Positions 26,325 to 37,906 of a stretch of DNA of 64,000 bases are shown piece by piece. The first letter of the stretch is position 1, and every line of letters starts with the position of its first letter. Made by a program: the position numbers and the translations under genes. This DNA comes from Daphnia carinata (taxonomy: Eukaryota), in assembly GCF_022539665.2 (NCBI RefSeq), contig NC_081334.1, forward strand, positions 248,001-312,000. The letters run 5' to 3'. The notes below the pieces were generated by a model. It saw only the letters and a program-made list of their open reading frames with translations. It did no database searches and was not told the DNA's origin.

Positions 26325-27035
26325 TACCCCGTACGCTGCCCCAGCGTACTATACTGAGGCCCCCATGTATTACAAGACGGAGGGTCCACAATACTACACT
26401 ACAAAGGCCCTTGGATACACCACAACCTATGCTGCAACACGCCACAATGCAGAAATCCCGAAGTACGCCGCCACCGCTTACGCCGCTCCTTCTTCTTACA
26501 CTGAAGCCTACTCACACTACAAAGGCTCCCGAGTACTACACAACAACGTATGCTGCACCAAGTTATTACACTGAAGCTCCAGCATACTACACAACAACCT
26601 ATGCCACTCCTAGCTACTACACCGTAGTATTAGACAACCACTTACGCAGCTCCAGCTTACTACGCTGAGGCCCCCACGTATTACGAGGTTGAGGCCACAC
26701 AATACTACACTACGAAGACTCCCGAATACTACACCACAACGTATGCTGCACCAAGTTATTACACTGAAGCTCCGATATACTACCGAACAACCTATGCCAC
26801 TCCTAGCTACTACGCCGAGGCACAGAAGTACTACTCAGTTCCAAGCTACTACCAGCCTGAAGCCTCCAAATACAACACCACAAAAGCGCCAGCGTACTAC
26901 GCTACCACATACGGCGCTCCCAGTCACTCCACCACCACATTCGCTGCTCCTAGTTACTACACCGAGGCTCCAGCTTGTTACACAACAACGTATGCAACTC
27001 GCAGCTATTACACTGAACCACCAAAGTATTATTAA
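26325..27035 (+). pseudogene. Tyr/Thr/Ala/Pro-repeat protein copy 1 (C-terminal part), fused to TRAPPC10
   Basis: YAAPAYYTEAP and YYTTKAPEYY repeats with frameshifts. Stop after PKYY at 27033-27035; the 3' UTR resembles the other copies. Confidence 0.85.
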
Positions 27036-29383
27036 TGGTGAAAATTGCGTCGTCCATCAAGTTCGATATGGGAGAATTAGATCTTGTTTTATTTTCAGTC
27101 CTCGTTCCAAGATGAATATTTCCCTGCCATGTACTTATGCATTAACTAGTCTAAACGAATGTGGTTTATAAATCTAATGTTGAATACAGCTATAATATCG
27201 TTCCCGAATCTACTTGTTTTTATTCTTTATTACACAAAGCGCGTGAAGGCGATTTCAGTATGTGTTTGTACAACATTGTAATTGCTGAACACATTATGCG
27301 TTAGGGCAAGATTTGTGATAGTACGATTGAATGTCATTTGAACCTGCATGAAAAGAAACAATTGGATGGGATAAACCAAAATTGAAGGCATCAAATTATC
27401 AATTGGCTGATTTGGCATTTGACCAACAATGATGTCCACATCTCATCGTACTTCCAATTTAATAAATGTAACACAATTCTTATTTCCCCTTTTAGAACAG
27501 GTAATAATGCAAAGTTTGTTTTAAAAAACATTAAACAACAGTGAGGGTTGTTTCAATTTGTTGAGTAAGATTATTTCTTTCTTAATTAAAACCAAATCGG
27601 AAGCGATTCAATTCCCATAGATATTGAACGACATTGACAAAGAGGATTTGACTTGCTCCGTGGAATAATAATAATAAAGGGATTACTTTGTATTTTCCTT
27701 AGTCTCTCAGGAATGCCTTATGTGTGCTGTCGATCGATCTGCCGTCTGCTCGTTCCCAATGGCAAAGAGACTCGGGGAATGCCTCCACCACACATTCCAA
27801 AACCACCGAACTTCCGTTGGCAACCCAACCGATGAACTTTCAGTACGAATCACAGGAGGAACTCCGCACGCAAATGCAGCGTAGAGAAATCAAATTGGAA
27901 ATTAGATTCGGGTCACTCTCCTAAAGTTATTTAAATAACGCTATCGAAAAGGCTTTACATTAGAGCATTTCCTTTGGTTTTACGTACAATGAACTTCCAC
28001 GTTGACGGTGCGGTAAGAAGGCGGAGGAATGCCGTTGTCAGCCTCTGTTCAACAAATCATAGCGAATTTTTGGACGTGTAAAATAATGAACATGAAAAAT
28101 GACTTTACCGCATAGATACACTCCCATGTGATCGCGATGAACTTGGGTTATATTAAATGTTGGTCCAAGTACGTCACTAGCTACATCGTTTACGACACAT
28201 CGTGTTAAATAAATTAATAATGAGTTATAAGGAACTTGAGCAGACTACAGATTTAGGCTACAATACTTTGCCATGATCCTGTATGTGTAAGAGATCCGTC
28301 TGCTCTCATCCAGGACACCTCCGGCCTTGGATTACCAGCAGTACCACACCTCAGTCGTAAATTTTTAACCGTACCAAAAAAATTTGTTTAAAAACTCATT
28401 TTTTTTTAAACAAAAGTAATTTTTTACCCTCTTGAATTACGACCGTCCTGGTTGTATTGCCTTGAATTTGTCCATCCTAAAGAAAACGACTATCAGCACC
28501 GAATCGCAGACTTCAACGATTAAAAATATAAACTAAAATCCCTCAAAGAACTCACTGCTTATGATTTGCATGAAACCAATGAACATTAGTTTATATGGTT
28601 GCAAAAAAAAACTTACAATGATGCCAACTCCAAGAATGCTGGGCTGCACCAAAACAATTCGTCTGGGGTCGGTTGGTTTTCTACTTCACAGTAATTTTAT
28701 ATGACATCCCCTAGTATTGCTACTCTGCCAGATGGAATTGCATATCGGTTAAGAATTACTGGCATTTGCAGCTTCAGGACACCATTCAGTCTTTTATCGA
28801 GTTTTGTCTAAAATGGAAAAAGAATGATTTGGTAAAAACTTTCTATACCACTAAAATTGATTTTTTAAAAATATCTCAGTGGTAAAATTCATTAAAAGAG
28901 GTGACTAACCTTAACGTCCCTTTAGGTACCAATTGGGATGTCGCACTTCAAAGACAAATAATTCTTTACAGTGTTCTCATGGCTGTTGCAAACCGCGTGG
29001 CATCCGATGCAAAGCCGCAGAACATCGTGACTTTTATGGTCCAACAGAAAAATGAATTGATGAACAGGAAATCGTTTGGTGTGAAATAATTCAATACCTT
29101 CAAGTGGTCGGGTAGTAATATTGTTGTTGCTGGAAACGGATTTTCCTATTTTTCTCTGAGTCTGTTATGAATGTAAACAAAGCTTTCAGAAAATAGCAGA
29201 CGACCCCGTTAAAAAATCAGCCAGCGTTGCCGGATGAGTGGTCTTACGGTGCGGAAGGAACGTTAAAAGTCGTTCAAAAATACATTAACTTTGGCGTCCA
29301 TAGCCTAGTCCTAGTGGTTATGGCGTCTGCTATGGTGATCATCAATGACTCTAGATGAGGCTTAGAGGGATTGAAGTAATGTA

Positions 29384-30325
29384 CAGTATGTTCCAAAAAA
29401 ATCCGACTACCCCCCTTAAAAAAAAATGCCCCCTATCAACACTTAGTTAAGTTACTTAGTACTTTAGGTGGGTTATGCTAGGATATGGGAAAACGCGGAA
29501 AGAACTATACTAGACGTTTCTATGGAAACCAGACATGAATCAGCTCGCGTCCTTACATCGCTAAGAGGTAAGACAAATTGCCGTTAGGCAAAGACAAAAA
29601 TTTTTAAAAATCTACCACAAATTGTGTTTGTAGTAGGCTACGGGAGACAGACTTCGGGATGGGAAGTTTCGTCTCCATGGTAACTAATTTAATGAATCAT
29701 GGCATACGCGCCTTTTTCAAAATCTTTGTTCTTATGCGTTAAATTAGTATAAAAACGGGGGTTGGATTATAGAACTGCCACAGTTCATTAGTTATTCATC
29801 AGTTCATTAACTGTTGTAGAAAGAAGGGGTGTGGTATCGTTAGGCCTAGCCGGGTACTCACAACTACGAATCAAATTTCCCGAAAATTAATTGTTTTGCG
29901 CTATTTTCGCGAAACAGTTATATGAACTGTATCAGTTTTATAATCGAACCCCCGTTTTTATGCTAATTTAACGCATAAGAACAAATATTTTAAAAAAGGC
30001 GCGTAAGCCATGATTCGTTAAATTTGTTACCATGGAAACGAGACTTCCCATCCCAAAGTCTGTCTCCCGTAGCCTACTGCAAATACAATTTGTAGTAGAT
30101 TTGTAAAAATTTTTGGCTTTGCCTGCCGGCAATTTGTCTCACCTCTTAGAGATTCAAGACACTAGCTAATTCATGTCTCGTTTCTATGGTAACGTCTACT
30201 GCATTTTTTTTCCGCATTTTCCCGTATCCTAACATAACCCCCCTAACTACTAAGTAACTTAGCTATACATTGATAGGGGGCATTTTTTTTAAAGGGGGGT
30301 AGTCGGATTTTTTTGGAACATACTG
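29384..30325. mobile_element. Tc1/mariner-type foldback MITE with ~400-bp TIRs
   Basis: TA|CAGTATGTTCCAAAAAAATCCGACTACCCCCC...GGGGGGTAGTCGGATTTTTTTGGAACATACTG|TA. The arms stay complementary to about 29790/29915; no ORF. Confidence 0.9.
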
Positions 30326-31304
30326 TACATGGAATCATGGGACATGGAACCTGAACTTGGGGCGCGAGTCTACGGTCGATGATCACCTTTTTACAAATTA
30401 ACGGCACGTGAGAAATAAAATAAAATAAAGCAAAAATCAAAATGTAAAATTATCAATTCAACGTAATTATGTTATTAATAATTAACAATAACTTCCGGTG
30501 AATTCTAATGTTATGTCCGTCCAGACGACCGTCAAGGTCAAAGGTTCGAATCGGGACCCACACCAAAACATTTTTTTCAGCTTAATTTTAGAATTTTATT
30601 ACATTTTTAGGTTCGTTATACGTTTTGGATTCATAGAATGGCTTCTTAGAATTTTTTCGGCTTACCAACTCGTTTTAACATGAGTTGAAAGGTAGGTGCT
30701 CGTCTTTTCAATCTGCTTCATGTCGGCATGAATCGTACTAATATGTTAGGTAATGTCTGTATCAAAGTTAGTAGAACTTCGCCTTAATTTGAAAAGCGAA
30801 AATTATTTTCATTATTTGTTGATCTGGAAACGTTCAAGCTGCATGCAGACGATGAAACGTGTTATAAAAGTAAACAATGAACGAACAAAAAGAGAATTCT
30901 CAGTTGGATAGTGCATACTGCTATTGTCGGTTAGATAAACCAAAAACACTTTCCCGGAATTTTCCAAAGTTTTGTGGTGCCTTAAATACCTTTCTTAGAT
31001 ATTAATTCTCTTTAACAGATTATCAGTTCAAAACAGATTCAAATCAATAGAACGGATTTTCCAGGGGATGTCCTAATGGCGTCTATTGATAAATAGATTC
31101 ATAAACGTACGGCACATAAGGAACGATGTGCGTTAAGAAGAAAACAAGAAAATATTGTGGACAGCACGTGAAAAAGCATTTCAAACATTGCCTACCTCCT
31201 GTCCAAAAACAAGATTACCTCATCAATTCTAATCACTTAGACGTTGCCTCGTGAAAACATTGTGTCACAATCAACTGTGGTCAAGTAATGATTCATTTTC
31301 TTTT

Positions 31305-32960
31305 GAGGCCTGCGGCGGCGGCTCGCCTGCGCCCGAAATCAAGTGGATCCATTATGGCAAACCGATCGAAGAGGCGGCCGTCAACCCGCGCCGCAAAGTC
31401 TTCCCCAATCGCATCGTCATTGAGCGGCTGCAGAAGGGCGACACGGGCAACTACGGATGCAACGCCACCTAAAGCATCGGCTACGTCTACAAGGATGTCT
31501 ACGTGAACGTGTTGGCGTTGGCGCCCGACATCGAAGACGCACCGGACGACACGGCCACCGTAGACGGATCGGCCGTCAATCTGACGTGCAAAGTCTTTGG
31601 CTCACCCAGACCGCTCGTCAAATGGATCCGCGACGGATTGGAATTGACTGGCGGCCGCTATCGCGTTATGGACAGCGGTGATCTGGAAATTAGGTATACC
31701 GTCTTTTGTTTTGTTTTTGAAAATAATTTTACGTCCTATCGTGGCGTCTTTTTTGAACGGAAGAAAACGATATTCAAATTGTATTGTGAGCTCAGCTGCT
31801 TGTGACGTCCTCCTCCCCTCTCTTCTTTTCCAACCGCATTATCCGCTTCCGCTCTAAACAGCTGGGCTATTGTTTAAGAAATGGTCCAATCATGCGGGCG
31901 TGTTGCGTATCAATCTGCACGTTTTTCTCACTCTGCATCGTATATTTTATTAATAGAATTTATTTTTTATATTCTTTTTTTAGGGATGTGACCTTTACAG
32001 ACGCTGGTGTATATTCGTGTCATGCAACCAACAAATTCGGATCGGCCAATGCCATTGGAACTCTGATCGTGAAAGGTTAATTAGCTGCCCATTTCATGAT
32101 TTTCTTCCATTGTGGGGAAACGAAAAACCTCACGTCTAAAATTCTCTGCCTTTATTTATTAAGAGCGCACCGTCATCAGGGACGGATCCGAAGACTATGA
32201 AGTGGCTGCCGGGCAGACGGCCACTTTCCGATGTAACGCGGTAGCTGACTCGTCACTGAACATGACGATCGAGTGGCTCCACGCGAACCAGTTGATCGAT
32301 TTGGAGCAGAGCAAGAGCCACGCTTCGTCCAGTCGCAGGACTCGTCGCTGACCATCGCGAAGATGACAGAGTTGGACACGGGCGACTACACATGCCGTGC
32401 AAAAACCATCCTGGACATGGCAGAGGCCAAGGCCACCCTCATCGTTCAAGGTAACGATTTCTCCAGTTTCGCTTTGTTCTCGATGCGGTTTTTTTTTTTA
32501 AATGCTCATCACGATGCGCTATTTTGCTTCGACAGACGTTCCCAATCGGCCGCGAATGGTAGGCATCCATTGCAACAACCGCGACGCGGCCATCGAATGG
32601 ACACCTTCGGGCGATAATCGAGCGCCCATCTTAACGTACACGATCCAGCTTAATACGAGTTTCACGCCCGACAGCTGGGAAGTGTTGTTTGAAAACGTGC
32701 CAGCCACCGAGACGCGCTTCAAAGTGGAGATGAGGTCTTGGTCCAATTACACGTTCCGTGTCATTGCTCGCAATAAGATTGGACCGTCGCTTCCATCGGA
32801 CCACTCGTCCATGTGCACGACGCCTCCAGATGTGCCGAATAAGAATCCCGATAATGTAGAGGACTGTGGCACTTCGCCCACTAATTTGGTTGTCACGTGG
32901 AACCCGATGCCCGAGAATCGAACACAACGGACGCAACTTTCCCTATCGCGTTTACTGGCG
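31305..32960 (+). pseudogene. Nrg: Neuroglian pseudogene copy B (Ig4 to first half of FN3-2)
   Basis: Exons encode KWIHYGKPIEE..GNYGCNAT*, DVTFTDAGVYSCHATNKFG, DVPNRPR..SGDNRAPI..WSNYTFRVIARNKIG..PDVPNKNPDNV..YRVYWR. TAA at 31470-31472, frameshifts, and it ends mid-exon. Confidence 0.92.
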
Positions 32961-35900
32961 TCCCATTGCGCCATTTTCGGCCCCTTGTCGGAAATCAAAC
33001 CGGATAACCAAAGGAAGGGTAAGCATCCGTTTTTGTTTGTTATACAAGTTGTCATGTGGTGATTTGGCCAGAACGTAACGTTGCAAATGATGCTTTTCAT
33101 TGAAGATATTTGTAAGCGATATGGAAAACTCCCTAATAGTCCGTGTTTACTAAAAATGCATTTTAAATAGCTTACGTTCTTTTTTGTACTACCATTTACC
33201 TGTAATGATATTTGGTTGTTGGAACCAGCAAAAAAAAAAACAGTGAGCAATTAAACACGACATTTAGGCAATAATAAAAACAGGACTTTCCTTTATCGAC
33301 ACACTTTGTTTGCGATTACCGACTCGGTAATCGCCAGCAAAAATTAAACAATGCATTAACTGGGAAACGAAACCTGATCACTGGCAGGAGAGACACGCAT
33401 CCATCGATGCTTGTCATGTTTGCCAGAACTGAAGTTTTTTGTTACAGGAAAAACAGAAAACGTGATCTTGAAAAACGCGGGGTAATTTAAGATCGTATCT
33501 TTACCCATCGACTGGAAATAATTGCCGTCGGCATTTGGTTACCTTTTCGTATTCTCAGCAAAATAATTGCCACCTATAGCGGCTGACTGGCGTATTTTAT
33601 CCCAAAATAATTTTATCTCTTTTAACTTCTTTGTATATTGCCGTCGTAGAGTGTAGAAGTTAGGGAAACAACCGTCTAGCTATTCTCAAGGTAAAGTTTC
33701 CTGCAGCGATTCGGCCACAGGAATCAGCAACTTACAGCCACTTCAAGAGCGAACGTAAGTGCATTTCAACGGCCGTGTTATCCTTTTTCCCATCGCCGGA
33801 GAACGGCATAATCTGACGGACGAGCTGGCAGTCTCGTCCGCGGGATGGCTCGTCCGTGGGTTGGCTCGTCCGTGGGTTGGCTAGTTATAGAACAATTAAT
33901 TTTCTACATTTAATACATTGTAAACTGTGGAAACTGGCCACTATGACAGAACTGACGTTGGCGATACTAAATAAGCAATTGTTCATTCAAAGAAAAAGGC
34001 AACAAGTAAGTTTGCCCAAAGTAACCAATATGAATGTTGTTCGAATGCTGATTAGTCTCGTCAATCTTCAAACTGATAGGTAGCAAGCGTCATCAAGTCT
34101 CTTCCGAGGTACGCAAAGTAATCCAGCAAAATGTAACAAAACAAATGAAAATTAAGTTTTCTGGGTATAGGTGCGTAAACTTGAGATTAATAAGAGAGGC
34201 TACGAATAAATGTTCACCGCTACATCAGTGAGGTATGTGTGAGATCACTGCACATTGTGGAAAGACTGTGAAATCCTTTTTAACCGTCTAATGGATAACG
34301 TTTAAAATCTAATACGATAAGTTGCTATTGTTTCCTCTTCTAGTTTACCTTCCGCAATGCATCGATGACCGTCAGCGTTCTGATAAACGTAAGATATTAT
34401 CCACATCGCTTACGACGGAAATGGGACCTACGTTAACGAACGGCCAAGATACGAAAGGAAATGTTGCGCTGTTCTGTGAAAAGCTAGTGTGCGAATAAAT
34501 AGGGTGTACAGAATGCTGAATATTAGAAAAAACTGCAGAAACAAACTTCAATGTGTTTCATCGACGGCGCTGTGTAATGCACTGATCTTTGAGAATAAAA
34601 ATTGATCATAATACGCGAAAACGGTAACATTTATCAAACACTAACCAATTCGATACATTATTTCAAATTTACGAGAAAAAGAGTTATTTCAAATTTACAA
34701 AACTTACGCAAACCATATATTTCATTATTTGTTTTCTTGATATATGGTTTCTGATTATTCTGAAAGCAAGAAAATCGATAGATACTTGCATTTCTACCAG
34801 TATCCATTTTTGTGCTGAATACTTCCGCATAAAATGGATGCCACTCACACTTTACGTTGGGGTGGCTAGGGCGTGTCCGGCCACGACCTAGGTATGTGTC
34901 ACGTGTCGTAATAGGATTCCGCGTGATTGTACCCATTATGACCGTGGTGTGGACTGAATGTCCTGTGAGGGACATTTCGTTAGACCTGTTTCAGGTAACC
35001 TCCCTAGGTTTATTTTTAATAAGGACATCCGGTCTGCTTTTTGAATCATACTAAGAGGGAAAAAATGTAACTAATTAAAATTAGCTGGTTTTTGATTGCT
35101 TCATTATTGCATTTTGAAACGTGAACATAAGTTTGCAACCCTCACAACCCTCACTATAAAAGCTGAAATTAGAATGCAAACTGCATTTCGTTTATTAAAT
35201 TACGACCAGTGAACACCACGGGTGCCACCATGCAGTGCTGCCTTCGGCACGGGAATGTTTCATTACACATCGAATGTCAATGACTATTTTTTCATGTCTC
35301 TAGACTACTCATTTCACGTGGCGATTAATCAAGAACCACATCAGGTGGTTGTCCGAAAATGAAATCCAATGGTGTAAAGAAAGCTGATTGCTTAACAGGG
35401 CTACTACGTACGCAGAGTTTATCCACCAATCCTGCCGCACAAACTAAATGACAGGCGTATTTCAAGCTTGTAGAATAATACAATTTATCATAACAGTATG
35501 TACAGGGAAAATGCATAATCCGTAATAGTCCTTGACTGTAGTTGTAGCAATGGAAGTGCTGAATTCAAATCAATTACGGCTCATGGTGAATTCATCAACA
35601 CTTGTAAAACTACGTGTGCTCGAATACGGTGAGGGATTACGTTAGTTACCCAACGTTATTGTTGAAAAATTTCCTTGTGACGTGTACCACGAAGGCGTCT
35701 ATTAGAAATAAAGACGAGAAAATAATGTCTAACTAGCGTTGCGTAACAGAAATCGCGGCTCAGGTATAAAAGAAATGTTTCCTGGTCCCATTTTGGGGCA
35801 CTCGGGGTCGTCTCTTTTGCCTTTTGGCTTTCCCAATTGTTTTTTTCTTTTTGTCCGTGGCTTGTGGGTCGTCTGTGTGCTTTGCTTTGAGGCAATGCGA

Positions 35901-36654
35901 ATAAGTGTGAAATGGGCACTTGCGTGACAAGAAGAGTTCGTCAATGGAGTTGGAAAAGTATAATCTGATACCTTTGCACGTTATACGGACAAGATGAGTT
36001 CCGCGTATAGGGTAGGTTATTGCGTACAGTATAAAAATACGTAAGAGTGTTTTTTGTTGGATACGGTTTTTGTCTTGCCTATACACGTCCATGCCAACCT
36101 GAACCTCGTTACTGGTGAATGCGATACGCTCACGTATGGCGCTGCTGTGTCGGTTTTGTATTCGCTACAACGCCAACCTGACTGATAGAAAACAATCTCA
36201 ACGCGCAATCTTCCTATTGATGACGAACATAATGGCGCAAATAGAGGAAAACAATATACCAACGAATTCACATAGAGAAAGTATTTTTGTCCGTTTGCTT
36301 TGTACACCGTGTGATAATAATAAAATTTAAAAAGAAAATAAAATTTTTTTAAACATTAAACTAACGAAATGGAAAAAAGTGTACTAAACCCATCACACAA
36401 AATTGATTGCAACGGTATATGGAATCGGATAGATAGTCCAGTATTATATATAACAGTTCCGTGAATTCAGAAAAAAAACTTTTTTATTTGATTCTCGTCC
36501 AGGCCAATAAACGTTTTAAATGAGAAACCATTCACCTGGTTTGCTAGAGGGTTGCAAACGCGATATCCCTCGAGTGCATATCCCTTGTACAATCTCATCG
36601 AGAGAGTATAATTTTCCTTGGTGATGACTGATGGATACCCACACGGCCATTGTA

Positions 36655-36795
36655 TAAATACTCCGGTGCCTTCGTTGCGTAGTATTTGGATCATCGGTGT
36701 AGTAGCTTGGAGCAGTAATACTCGACCTTCTTCGCTGTGTAGTCCTCAGAAGCCTTCGTGATGTTGTAGGACGCCGGAGTGGTGTAGTATTCAGA
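36655..36795 (-). pseudogene. Short degraded Tyr/Thr-repeat gene fragment
   Basis: The minus strand reads EYYTTPASYNITKASEDYTAKKVEYY..YYATKAPEY. Confidence 0.6.
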
Positions 36796-37093
36796 AGAAA
36801 ACGAGAACCTAATGCATAATTGTGTTCAGAAATGAAAAAAGTTGTACCAACTCAAATTGAAATCGCCTTCATCTGCTTTTTGTGATGCGGAATAAAAACA
36901 AGTGGATTTGGTAACGACATTATAGCTGTATTCAACATTTCATTTAGAAACCACATTCGGTTAGACTAGTTAATGCATAAATACATGGCAGGGAAATATT
37001 CATTTTGGAACGAGGACAGCAAATAATAAAACTAAATAAAATTTTCTTCGAGCTCGACCTCATCGGGCATCACGGATAACGCAATTGGCACGA

Positions 37094-37906
37094 TTAATAG
37101 TACTTCGGTGGCTCAGTAAAATAGCTGGGAGTTGCATACGTTGTCGTCTAATAAGCTGGAGCCTTCGTGTAGTAACTGCGATGGGTGTAAGTGGTAAGTG
37201 TAAGTGTAGTACTCTGGCGCTTTTGTGGTATAGTATTTGAAGCGTTCAGCCTGGTAGTAGCTTGGAACTGAGTAGTACTTCTGTGCGTCGGTGTAGTAGC
37301 TAGGAGTGGCATAGGTTGTTGGGTAGTATATCAGAGCTTCAGTGTAATAACTTGGTGCAGCGTACGTTGTGGTGTAGTATTCGGGAGCCTTCTTAGTGTA
37401 GTATTGTGTGGCCTCAATCTTGTAATACGTGGGGGCCTCAGCGTAGTAAACTGGAGCTGCGTAAGTGGTTGTGTAATACTCAGCTTGCTTGGTGTAAGAC
37501 TGTGCAGCAGCAGTAGTGTAGTATTCAGCGGTCTTTGTGCTGTAGTATTGGAGAGCTTCGGTGCAGTACACCGGAGCAGCATAAGTAGTGGAATAGTACT
37601 TAGAGGGCTCGGTATAGTAACCTGGCGAAGCATACGTTGTTGCGTACCCGGAAGCCTTTGTAGGGTAGTACAGCGGAGCCTCAGTGTAAGAAGAAGGAGC
37701 GGCGTAAGTAGTGGTGTAGTACCTCGGGGCTTCTGCATAGTAGTGTGTTGCCGCATAGGTTGTGGTGTATTCACGAGCCTTTGTAGTGTAGTATTGTGGA
37801 CCCTCCGTCTTGTAATACATGGGGGCCTCAGTATAGTAAGCTGAGGCAAAGCACGTGGTATGGACAAACTTTTTCGTGTAGGCAGTGTGAAGTTTGTACT
37901 GAACGT
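37094..37906 (-). pseudogene. Tyr/Thr-repeat copy 2 preceded by ~45 bp of TRAPPC10
   Basis: ORF 37113-37820 (MYYKTEGPQYYTTKA...). Positions 37861-37906 are the reverse complement of TRAPPC10 26280-26324. Frameshifts at both ends. Confidence 0.85.

Noticed and set aside
27600..29200. Exon-like decayed coding fragments
   Set aside because: No recognisable family or clear boundaries without a database search.
29333..30388. Outer inverted repeat GGTGATCATC around the foldback MITE
   Set aside because: Only about 10 bp with no TSD; not enough to call an element.
35660..36356. Possible solo LTR (TGTTGAAAAA...TTTTTAAACA with TATA-like motifs)
   Set aside because: No convincing TSD and no second copy in the window.
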